A stretch of DNA of 64,000 nucleotides from an uncultured Verrucomicrobiota bacterium (GTDB lineage Bacteria; Verrucomicrobiota; Verrucomicrobiia; Limisphaerales; CAZIFU01): positions 22,153 through 86,152 of the forward strand of contig CAZIFU010000057.1 of NCBI GenBank assembly GCA_964539075.1. Reading direction: 5' to 3'. Of this stretch, positions 8,773 to 16,758 are shown one piece after another. The first letter of the stretch is position 1, and the number at the start of each line of letters is the position of its first letter. The position numbers and the translations under genes were made by a program. The notes beneath the pieces are model-generated. The model was not told the origin of the DNA. It ran no database searches and saw nothing but the letters and a program-made list of their open reading frames with translations.

Positions 8773-9658
8773 TCCCCCGGCCATGCAAGACCTCATCGCC
8801 AAAGCCGCCACGCTGCTCGAAGCGCTGCCTTACATCCAGCGCTTCAGCGGCGCGACCTTTGTCATCAAGTACGGCGGCAGTTTCATGGACTCGCCCAACC
8901 CGGCCGTGCGCAAAGGCGTGGCCCGCGACATCGTGTTTCTCGAAGCCGTCGAGATCCATCCCGTCGTCGTCCACGGCGGCGGCAAGGCCATCACGCGCGC
9001 GATGGACGCCGCGGGACTCAAGGCCCATTTCATTCAGGGCATGCGCGTCACCGATGAAGCCGCGGTCAACGTCGTCGAACGCGTTCTTTCGCGGGAGATC
9101 AACCCGGAGATCGTGCAAGCCATCAACGCGCTGGGCGGCAAGGCGTGCGGGTTTTCTGGCACGGATATTTTCACCTGCCGCAAGCTCCGGTTGGACGGCC
9201 CTGACGGCGACCCGCCCGATCTCGGCTACGTCGGCGAGGTGGTCTCCGTGAACTCTGCGCCGTTGCTGGAGTGCATCGAGCGCGGCATCGTGCCCGTCAT
9301 CAGCCCCACCGCGCGCGGCGAGGACGGCCGGATTTACAACTGCAACGCCGACGTCGCCGCCGCGCAGGCCGCCCTCGCGCTCCACGCCAAACGGTTGGTC
9401 TTCATGAGCGACGTGCCCGGCCTGCTGCGCAACCCCAAGGACCCCACCACGGTCATCCGCAAACTGCATATCGCCGAAGTGGACGCGCTCAAACAAAGCG
9501 GCATCGTGGACCAGGGAATGATTCCCAAAGTGGACAGCGCCGTCGCCGCCGTGAAGGCCGGAGTCGAGGCGGTCTCATTCGTGGATGGCCGCGTGACGCA
9601 CGCGGTGTTGCTGGAAATCTTCACCGACGAAGGCGTCGGCACGGAGGTCGTGATGTGA
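8762..9658 (+). CDS. argB: Acetylglutamate kinase
   Basis: ORF 298 aa: FVIKYGGSFM, VVVHGGG, NCNADVAA. Overlaps the argJ stop by 11 nt. Confidence 0.93.
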   Translation: MADDPPAMQDLIAKAATLLEALPYIQRFSGATFVIKYGGSFMDSPNPAVRKGVARDIVFLEAVEIHPVVVHGGGKAITRAMDAAGLKAHFIQGMRVTDEAAVNVVERVLSREINPEIVQAINALGGKACGFSGTDIFTCRKLRLDGPDGDPPDLGYVGEVVSVNSAPLLECIERGIVPVISPTARGEDGRIYNCNADVAAAQAALALHAKRLVFMSDVPGLLRNPKDPTTVIRKLHIAEVDALKQSGIVDQGMIPKVDSAVAAVKAGVEAVSFVDGRVTHAVLLEIFTDEGVGTEVVM

Positions 9659-9660
9659 CA

Positions 9661-9747
9661 TTTTCGATTTGCGATTTACGATTGACGCATCGCCCGGTTT
9701 ATCCGGCACCGCAAGACGCGCGTCCATCGTAAATCGCAATTCGCAAA
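9661..9747. repeat. Imperfect inverted repeat of the TCGTAAATCGCAAATCG family between argB and argD
   Basis: Arms 9661-9688 and 9720-9747 (3 mismatches in about 27). Single arms of the same family at 52944-52973 and 54414-54445. Confidence 0.75.
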
Positions 9748-9749
9748 TT

Positions 9750-11099
9750 ATGAGAGACATCGCCCCATCGCCGCCCGCCGTCGTGCGCAACGAGACCGCA
9801 ACGATCCAGGCGCTGTTCCAGAAACATGTCGTGCCCACCTATGCGCGCTTCGAGGTTGCGTTCAGCCACGGGCAGGGATGTTACCTGTGGGACGTGACGG
9901 GCAAGCGCTACCTCGACATGGGCGGCGGCATCGCGGTCTGCTCGCTCGGGCACGCGCACCCGGCCATCAGCGAGGCGCTGGCCGCGCAATCGCGCCGGCT
10001 CGTGCACGTCTCCAACCTCTACTATCACGAGCCGCAGGGCCGGCTCGCGCAACAACTGGCCGGCCTCATCGGCCCGGGGAAATGTTTTTTCTGCAACAGC
10101 GGCGCCGAAGCGAACGAAGGATTGTTCAAGCTCGCCCGCAAGTTCGGCCATGACGAAGGGCGTTTTGAAATTCTCACGGCCGCCAATTCCTTCCACGGCC
10201 GGACGCTGGCGGGCATCGCGGCCACCGGCCAGGAGAAGGTGAAGAAAGGATTTGAGCCGCTGGTGACGGGATTCCGCCACGTTCCCTTCAATGACGTGGA
10301 AGCGGCACGGGCGGCCATTTCTCCGGCCACGGTCGCGATTCTGGTGGAGGGCGTCCAAGGCGAAGGCGGCGTTTTGCCGGCGACGCCGGAATATCTGCTG
10401 GGCCTGCGCCGGCTCTGCGACGAGAAGAAGCTGCTGCTGCTGATGGACGGTGTGCAATGCGGCCATTTCCGCACCGGACGCTTTCAAAGCTACCAACGGA
10501 TTCTTGAAGATTGTAGCAGCCGACGTGAGGAGGCTCATTCTTCCCACCTGAACTCCAGTCAGAGCCTCCTCACGTCGGCTGCTACGGAGTTTGTTCCCGA
10601 CGGCATTGCGATGGCCAAGTCGCTGGGCGGCGGGTTCCCCATCGGCGCGATCTGGATTCGCGAGCCGTACGCGGACCTGCTCGGCCCCGGCACGCACGCC
10701 ACGACGTTCGGCGGCACGCCGCTCGGTTGCGCGGTGGCATTGAAAATCCTCGAAGTCATCCAGCAGGAGAAGCTCGACGAAAACGCCCGCGCGATGGGAG
10801 AATTCCTCAAGCGCGAATTGCAACGACTGGCGCGCGAGCACTCGCAGATTTTGTCGGCGGTGCGCGGCCTGGGTTTGATGATCGGGATCGAACTGGCACA
10901 AAACATTCCGGCGTTGGCAGGGAACCAAAACCAATCGGCCTCGGTCCAGATGGTGAACCGCCTGCACGCAGCCGGGTTGATGACGATACCCGCCGGCAAC
11001 CAGGTCATTCGCCTGTTGCCGCCGTTGAACCTGCGGCAAGGGGAAGCGGAAGAGGCGTTGAAGATTCTGGAATCCGTGGTGAGAGATCTGGCCGCGTGA
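9750..11099 (+). CDS. argD: Acetylornithine aminotransferase
   Basis: ORF 9669..11099. The N-terminal 27 codons translate the repeat, so the likely start is ATG 9750 (MRDIAPSP). Motifs YLDMGGGIAVCSLGH, NSGAEANE, LLLLMDGVQCG, AKSLGGGFP (PLP-Lys). Confidence 0.9.
   Translation: MRDIAPSPPAVVRNETATIQALFQKHVVPTYARFEVAFSHGQGCYLWDVTGKRYLDMGGGIAVCSLGHAHPAISEALAAQSRRLVHVSNLYYHEPQGRLAQQLAGLIGPGKCFFCNSGAEANEGLFKLARKFGHDEGRFEILTAANSFHGRTLAGIAATGQEKVKKGFEPLVTGFRHVPFNDVEAARAAISPATVAILVEGVQGEGGVLPATPEYLLGLRRLCDEKKLLLLMDGVQCGHFRTGRFQSYQRILEDCSSRREEAHSSHLNSSQSLLTSAATEFVPDGIAMAKSLGGGFPIGAIWIREPYADLLGPGTHATTFGGTPLGCAVALKILEVIQQEKLDENARAMGEFLKRELQRLAREHSQILSAVRGLGLMIGIELAQNIPALAGNQNQSASVQMVNRLHAAGLMTIPAGNQVIRLLPPLNLRQGEAEEALKILESVVRDLAA
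10513..10585. repeat. Perfect palindromic element in frame inside argD (24-nt arms, 25-nt loop)
   Basis: gtagcagccgacgtgaggaggctc (10513-10536) and its exact reverse complement gagcctcctcacgtcggctgctac (10562-10585). Related copy at 59926-59992. Confidence 0.9.
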
Positions 11100-11106
11100 C
11101 ACTTTT

Positions 11107-12069
11107 ATGAAACACCTGTTGAGCCTGGAAAAACTGGCGGCGGCGGACATGGAAAAAATCCTGGCCGACGCCACGGCCATCAAAAAGGGGCGCGGACTTG
11201 GCGAAGCGAAGCCGCTGGCCGGACAGCATTGGGCCCTGATTTTCTCCAAATCCTCCACCCGCACGCGCGTCTCTTTCGAGGTCGGCATCCGCGAACTGGG
11301 CGGCCAGGTGATGTTTCTCAACGCCGGCGATATCCAGCTCGGCCGCGGCGAACCGATCCGCGACACCGCCCGCGTCCTCAGCCGGATGATTGATGGCGCT
11401 GTCATCCGCACCTACGCGCAGAGCGACGTCGAGGAGTTCGCGCAATTCGCGGAAATCCCCACCGTCAACGCGCTGACCGACGAGGAGCATCCCTGCCAGA
11501 TTTTGACCGATATTTTCACTTACGAGGAAAAGCGCGGGCCGATTCGCGGCAAGATCGTGACCTTCATCGGCGACGGTGCGTGCAATGTGCCGGCCTCGTG
11601 GATTTTCGCCGCCGCCCGGCGTGGCTTCGAGCTGCGCATCGCCGCGCCGAAAGCCTATCAGCCGGGCGAAGTCCTGCTCCACCGCGCGGGGGCCAGCCAT
11701 TTCCACGTCAGCGACGCGGGGCCGGTGATGGTGCGGCACTTCGATTTTTCCGGCGGCGGGAAAGTGATTTGCACCGGGGACCTGCGGGCCGCGGCGACGG
11801 GCGCGGACCTGCTCTACACCGATGTCTGGGTCTCGATGGGAAAGGAAGCCGAGTCGGCGCAGCGAATCAAGGACCTGAGCGGCTATCAAATCAACGGCGC
11901 GCTGCTCAAGCTGGCCCGGCCCGACGCGCTGGTGATGCATTGCCTGCCCGCCTATCGCGGCAAGGAAATTGACGAGGCCACTTTCGAGGCGCACGCGCAA
12001 ACGATCTTCGACCAGGCGGAAAACCGGTTGCACGTGCAGAAGGCGATTTTGAACTGGCTGGTGGCCTGA
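11107..12069 (+). CDS. argF: Ornithine carbamoyltransferase
   Basis: ORF 320 aa: SKSSTRTRVSFE, EEHPCQIL, YTDVWVSMG, HCLPAYRG. Confidence 0.92.
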   Translation: MKHLLSLEKLAAADMEKILADATAIKKGRGLGEAKPLAGQHWALIFSKSSTRTRVSFEVGIRELGGQVMFLNAGDIQLGRGEPIRDTARVLSRMIDGAVIRTYAQSDVEEFAQFAEIPTVNALTDEEHPCQILTDIFTYEEKRGPIRGKIVTFIGDGACNVPASWIFAAARRGFELRIAAPKAYQPGEVLLHRAGASHFHVSDAGPVMVRHFDFSGGGKVICTGDLRAAATGADLLYTDVWVSMGKEAESAQRIKDLSGYQINGALLKLARPDALVMHCLPAYRGKEIDEATFEAHAQTIFDQAENRLHVQKAILNWLVA

Positions 12070-12187
12070 AGAGGACCGGTTGGCGCTCCGCGGGAGTCGG
12101 GCGCCATTTCATCCGCCCGTGAGCCGTGATGGCAGTTGCCGCGCGCGGAGCCTTTGTGTATGTTGCGCCGCCCGAAATGAAACCACG

Positions 12188-12796
12188 ATGAGCAGGAAAG
12201 AAGAAAATGACCCGGCCACCGGCATGGACCCCGCCGCGGCCGCCGGTGTGGAAACGCAGGCGCCGCTGAATCCGCCGGCGCACGAGGATTCTCCCGACCC
12301 GACCCCGGAGCAGATCGCCGAATGGAAGGTCAATGCGGCGAAGGCGGCCGGCCATTGGGACCGGCTGCTGCGGTTGAACGCCGATTTCGAAAATTTCAAG
12401 AAGCGGGCCGCGCGCGAGCGGCAGGACGCCATCCGGTTCGCCAACGAGGCGTTGCTGGCGAAACTGATCCCGGTTCTCGACCATTTCGAAATGGCCCAGA
12501 CGGCGGCCGACAGCGCGCCCGCCGGCCCGGCGGATTCGTTCAAGACCGGCATCCAGATGGTTTTCAACCAGCTTAAGGCGGCGCTGGCAGAGGCGGGCCT
12601 GGAGGAAATTGATGCGACCGGCCAGCCGTTCAATCCCAATCTGCACGAGGCGGTGTCGCAGCAGGAATCGGCCGAGGCGCCGGAAGGCCAGGTGTTGCAG
12701 CAATTGCGCAAAGGCTACAAGCTGCGCGACCGTCTCCTGCGCCCCGCCGGCGTCGTGGTGGCCAAAAAGCCGGCCGCCGGGAAAACGGAGCAATGA
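12188..12796 (+). CDS. grpE: Nucleotide exchange factor GrpE
   Basis: ORF 12080..12796, plausible start MSRKEEN at 12188. Motifs DFENFKKRAARE, LIPVLDHFEMA, FNPNLHEAV, GYKLRDRLLRPAGVVV. Confidence 0.88.
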   Translation: MSRKEENDPATGMDPAAAAGVETQAPLNPPAHEDSPDPTPEQIAEWKVNAAKAAGHWDRLLRLNADFENFKKRAARERQDAIRFANEALLAKLIPVLDHFEMAQTAADSAPAGPADSFKTGIQMVFNQLKAALAEAGLEEIDATGQPFNPNLHEAVSQQESAEAPEGQVLQQLRKGYKLRDRLLRPAGVVVAKKPAAGKTEQ

Positions 12797-12888
12797 AGCA
12801 ACCGGGTGCTGGAACGATGAAACGGCGACGATTCCCAAATCAGTCCTCCACGGCCGCTTCGCCCCCTCGCTCCCATCGCTTTTGATCC

Positions 12889-14022
12889 ATGGCCAAACGT
12901 GATTATTACGAGATCCTGGGTGTCGAACGGGAAGCCAGCGAGGAGGACATCAAAAAGGCCTACCGCAAACTGGCCCTCAAATATCACCCGGACAAAAATC
13001 CCGGCGACAAGACGGCCGAGGAAAAGTTCAAGGAACTGGGCGAAGCCTACGAGGCGTTGAGCGATCCGCAGAAACGCGCCGCCTACAACCACTACGGCCA
13101 TGCGGCGTTTGACGCGCGCTCGCGCGCCGGGCGCACCGATGGATTTCACGATCCCTTCGATATTTTCCGCGAGGTGTTCAGCAGCGGCGGTGGCGGCAGC
13201 ATCTTTGATGAACTGTTCGGCAACGAACGGCGTGAGCCGGCCGGGCCGCAGCGCGGGCCGGACCTCCGTTACGACCTGGAGATCAGTTTTGAGGAGGCGG
13301 CGCTCGGTTGTGAGAGGGAGATTTCGGTGAGCAAACTGGACGCCTGCGACGCCTGTCGCGGCACTGGCGCGGAAGCCGGCTCCAACGTCAAGACCTGCCC
13401 CACCTGCGAGGGCCACGGCCAGGTCATCAGTTCGCGCGGCATCTTCAGCATCCGGCAAACCTGCCCGCGGTGCGAGGGGGCGGGCCGCGTGTTGGATAAA
13501 CCCTGCCGCGCCTGCCGCGGAACCGGCCGACGCGAGCGAAACTCCAAAATCAAAATCAAGATTCCCCCCGGCGTGGACACCGGCGCGCGCCTGCGGTCCA
13601 CGGGCAACGGCGAGGCCGGCGTGCGCGGCGGGCCGGCGGGCGATTTGTACCTGGTGCTGCACGTCCAGCCGCACGATATTTTCGAGCGTGACGGAGATGA
13701 TTTGATTTGCGAAGTGCCGGTCAGCTTCGTGCAGGCCGCGCTGGGCGCGGAACTGGAGGTGCCCACGCTCAACGGCGCCGCGCACATTAAAATCCCGCCA
13801 GGCACCCAATCGGGCGCGGTCTTCCGTATCAAAGGCAAGGGGGTAAAAAATGTGCAGGGCTACGGGACGGGCGATTTGCACGTGCGCATGTCGGTCGAAG
13901 TGCCGACGCATCTGAATGGCGCGCAGCGCGCCAAGCTCCAGGAGTTCGCCGACCTGTGCGATCCCAATGTGAACCCCATCAGCAAGAGTTTTTTCGAGCG
14001 GGCCAGGAATTTTTTCCGATGA
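12889..14022 (+). CDS. dnaJ: Molecular chaperone DnaJ
   Basis: ORF 377 aa: J-domain DYYEILGV...KYHPDKNP, G-rich linker, four CxxCxGxG zinc-finger repeats. Confidence 0.95.
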   Translation: MAKRDYYEILGVEREASEEDIKKAYRKLALKYHPDKNPGDKTAEEKFKELGEAYEALSDPQKRAAYNHYGHAAFDARSRAGRTDGFHDPFDIFREVFSSGGGGSIFDELFGNERREPAGPQRGPDLRYDLEISFEEAALGCEREISVSKLDACDACRGTGAEAGSNVKTCPTCEGHGQVISSRGIFSIRQTCPRCEGAGRVLDKPCRACRGTGRRERNSKIKIKIPPGVDTGARLRSTGNGEAGVRGGPAGDLYLVLHVQPHDIFERDGDDLICEVPVSFVQAALGAELEVPTLNGAAHIKIPPGTQSGAVFRIKGKGVKNVQGYGTGDLHVRMSVEVPTHLNGAQRAKLQEFADLCDPNVNPISKSFFERARNFFR

Positions 14023-14055
14023 TGAAGGCGATCAGAACTCGACGGGGTTTCCCAA

Positions 14056-14124
14056 GGTGGGGCGAGACTCCGTCGAGCCAATTCTATTCACGTCCGGCTC
14101 GGCTCGACAGAGTCTCGCCCCACC
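14056..14124. repeat. 24-nt-arm hairpin repeat downstream of dnaJ
   Basis: ggtggggcgagactccgtcgagcc (14056-14079) vs ggctcgacagagtctcgccccacc (14101-14124). One mismatch, 21-nt loop. Confidence 0.85.
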
Positions 14125-14184
14125 TGCGCAGGATTTATGAAAGCGCCTGGATGAGGCCCACATTTCCGCCCCCTTCGGCTTCAT

Positions 14185-14225
14185 AATCTTGATCTTAATC
14201 TTGATCTTAATCTTAATCTTAATCT
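14185..14225. repeat. Tandem hexamer microsatellite (A/G)ATCTT, about 7 units
   Basis: aatctt gatctt aatctt gatctt aatctt aatctt aatct. AT-rich island 37 nt upstream of rsmE. Confidence 0.9.
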
Positions 14226-14261
14226 GACTCCTGCTCTTCATCTCGAACCCGCGCCCCTGCC

Positions 14262-15014
14262 ATGCACCGCTTTCATCTGCCGCCGGCCGAGTGCCAGAAA
14301 TCCCCGCTCACCTTGTCCGAGCGCGAGTCCCACCATGCGGTGAATGTGTTGCGGCTCAAACCCGGCCAGCGGGCGGTCGTGCTGGACGGCGCCGGCCAGG
14401 AGTTGATGTGCGAAGTCATGGAAGCCGGCCCGCGGCGCGTCACTCTGAAAGTCGCGCAGAAAAATTTCACTCCTCCGCTGCCTTACCAGGTCACGCTGTT
14501 GCAGGCGATCACCCGGGGGAAAAACATGGACCTGATCGTTCAGAAGGCGGTGGAACTCGGCGCGCATCGCATCGTGCCGCTGCTGGCCGAGCGCACCACC
14601 GTCCAGTTGGAGGAGGAAGACGCCGGGAACAAGGTGGAAAAGTGGAACGCGACGGCGATCGGCGCGATCAAACAGTGCGGTTCGGCCTGGCTGCCAATAA
14701 TTGAAGCGCCCCTGACGCCCAAAGCCTGGCTGGCCCGCGGGGAGAAATTTGAATTGTCGCTGCTCGCCTGCCTGCAAAGCGACAGCCGGCACCCGCGGGA
14801 ATATTTCCGGGAATTTGCCGCGGAAAAAAATCGGGCGCCGGAATCGGTCTGCGTCTGGGTCGGCCCGGAGGGCGACTTCACGCCGGCGGAAATCGGCGGC
14901 ATCAAATCGGCCGGCGCGCGGCCGATCACACTGGGGCCGTTGGTGCTGCGCAGCGAGACGGCGGCGATTTATTGCCTGGCGGTGTTAAATTACGAATTAC
15001 AGTCGCAACAATGA
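14262..15014 (+). CDS. rsmE: 16S rRNA (uracil1498-N3)-methyltransferase
   Basis: ORF 250 aa: MHRFHLP...HHAVNVLRLKPG...QKAVELGAHRIVPL...VGPEGDFTPAEI...LGPLVLRSETAAI. Confidence 0.88.
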   Translation: MHRFHLPPAECQKSPLTLSERESHHAVNVLRLKPGQRAVVLDGAGQELMCEVMEAGPRRVTLKVAQKNFTPPLPYQVTLLQAITRGKNMDLIVQKAVELGAHRIVPLLAERTTVQLEEEDAGNKVEKWNATAIGAIKQCGSAWLPIIEAPLTPKAWLARGEKFELSLLACLQSDSRHPREYFREFAAEKNRAPESVCVWVGPEGDFTPAEIGGIKSAGARPITLGPLVLRSETAAIYCLAVLNYELQSQQ

Positions 15015-15094
15015 ACGCGGCCCTGCGCCGGCTCCAAAGCCGGTCAATTTTTCTGTGCTACTATCGCTCAAAGTTTTCGCAAACCGCGCATATT

Positions 15095-15223
15095 TTCTTC
15101 CTTTCCCCACGACGAAGGAGTGGGGAGAGGACCGAGAAGAGGGGCAATCCAAAAACGCGCCTCCTCTCCCCCGCCCTCTCCTCCATCAAATGGAGGAGAG
15201 GAAGTGGTTGCGGCTTCGCCGCG
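15095..15223. repeat. About 130-bp double-hairpin repeat, copy 2
   Basis: Collinear with 4544-4685, with small indels. Confidence 0.85.
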
Positions 15224-15272
15224 CTGTGTTTCCTCTGAATTGTCCCGCGGCTAAAATCCACGGCCCATCGCC

Positions 15273-16670
15273 ATGACCCATCACGGCCTTCCCCTGATCG
15301 CTCCGAAAGTCACCCCCGTTCTGCATCCTGATTTCCGGCCTGCCGTGCTGGCCGACCGCTCCTTTCACGCCGCCGTCCAGGCCACCGGCAGCGCGCGGCG
15401 CGTGCGACTCGCGCTGGAACAGGCCGACGGCTCCGTGTTCCACCACCTCACGGCAATTTTTCCCGACGATCACGCGGAGGCAGCGGGCAACTTCACTTGC
15501 CTCGAGCGCCTCGTGAAATTTCTTCTCTGGGCCTGGGGCGGCTGGCGGATTCACTTCGACGGCCCGCCCGCGCTTGCGGCGCAGTTGCAGCGGCATTTTC
15601 GCGAGACACCCACGGGCCAATTCGATTCGAATCTGATTGGCGAACGCATTTATGACCGGCCCATCGAAGTCGTGACGACGCGCCACCTGCCGCCGCCGCA
15701 GGCCAAAACGCAGCCGCTGGGACGGCATCTCGACGGCTGCCGCATCGGCTTCGATCTCGGTGGCAGCGACCGCAAGGTGGCCGCCGTCAGGGATGGCAAG
15801 GTCGTGTTCAGCGACGAAACCGTTTGGGACCCGTATCCGCAGCCCGATCCGAAGTATCACTTTGAGGGCATCATGGATTCGTTGAAAAAAGCGGCGGCGC
15901 ACCTGCCACGTGTGGATGCCATCGGCGGCAGCGCGGCGGGTTGTTACGTGAACAACCGCGTGAAGGCCGCCTCGCTCTTCCGCGGCGTCCCGCTGGACGT
16001 GTTCAACCGCCGCGTGAAAGACCTCTTCCTCGAAGTGCAGCGCGCGATGGGCGGCGTGCCGTTGGAAGTCGTCAATGACGGCGAAGTGACCGCGCTGGCC
16101 GGCTCGATGGCGCTGGGCAAGAATGCCGTGCTCGGCCTCGCATTGGGCACGAGCCTCGCCGCCGGTTACGTCACGCGCGACGGCAACATCACTTCGTGGC
16201 TCAACGAACTCGCGTTCGCCCCGGTGGATTACGACCCGGACGCGCCGCGCGACGAGTGGAGTGGTGATTACGGCGTGGGCGCGCAATATTTCTCTCAACA
16301 AGCCGTCGGCCGCCTGCTGCCCATCGCGGGCATCCCTGCCGATGCCGCGCTGCCTTTGCCGGAGCAGTTGAAACTCGTACAGCAACTCATGGCGCAGGGC
16401 GACGCGCGCGCGCGGACCATTTACCAGACCCTTGGCGCATATCTCGGCTACGCGGTGGCGCATTATGCGGACTTCTACGATTTCGACCACGTGCTCGTCC
16501 TCGGCCGCGTCACGAGCGGCGAAGGCGGCGATGTCATCCTCGCCGGCGCGAAGGAAGTGTTGCAGGTGGAGTTTCCCGAACTCGCCAGCCGCATCGCTTT
16601 CCACACGCCGGATGAAAAGGACAAGCGCCATGGCCAGGCCGTGGCCGCGGCGAGCTTGCCGCAAATCTGA
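15273..16670 (+). CDS. ROK-family (sugar kinase-like) protein with an N-terminal extension of about 150 aa
   Basis: ORF 465 aa: RIGFDLGGSDRKVAAV, VVNDGEVTALAG, LGLALGTSLAAGYV. ASKHA/ROK-like glycine motifs. Substrate unknown. Confidence 0.65.
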   Translation: MTHHGLPLIAPKVTPVLHPDFRPAVLADRSFHAAVQATGSARRVRLALEQADGSVFHHLTAIFPDDHAEAAGNFTCLERLVKFLLWAWGGWRIHFDGPPALAAQLQRHFRETPTGQFDSNLIGERIYDRPIEVVTTRHLPPPQAKTQPLGRHLDGCRIGFDLGGSDRKVAAVRDGKVVFSDETVWDPYPQPDPKYHFEGIMDSLKKAAAHLPRVDAIGGSAAGCYVNNRVKAASLFRGVPLDVFNRRVKDLFLEVQRAMGGVPLEVVNDGEVTALAGSMALGKNAVLGLALGTSLAAGYVTRDGNITSWLNELAFAPVDYDPDAPRDEWSGDYGVGAQYFSQQAVGRLLPIAGIPADAALPLPEQLKLVQQLMAQGDARARTIYQTLGAYLGYAVAHYADFYDFDHVLVLGRVTSGEGGDVILAGAKEVLQVEFPELASRIAFHTPDEKDKRHGQAVAAASLPQI

Positions 16671-16758
16671 ACACGCTGCCGCGGTTCAGCCCTTCGCCAC
16701 CCGGCCCGACCTCAGCGCCTCCGACGCCGGTGGCCTCGAGCCGCGGCAGACTTTCGAC

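Noticed and set aside
9699-11411. 570-aa - strand ORF
   Set aside because: Antisense to argD/argF, which have unambiguous family motifs on the + strand.
14032-14241. 69-aa ORF containing KIKIKIKIKI
   Set aside because: Translation of the hexamer microsatellite and the adjacent hairpin repeat. Not a gene.
15186-16664. 492-aa - strand ORF
   Set aside because: Antisense to the ROK-like gene. Composition typical of a shadow ORF.
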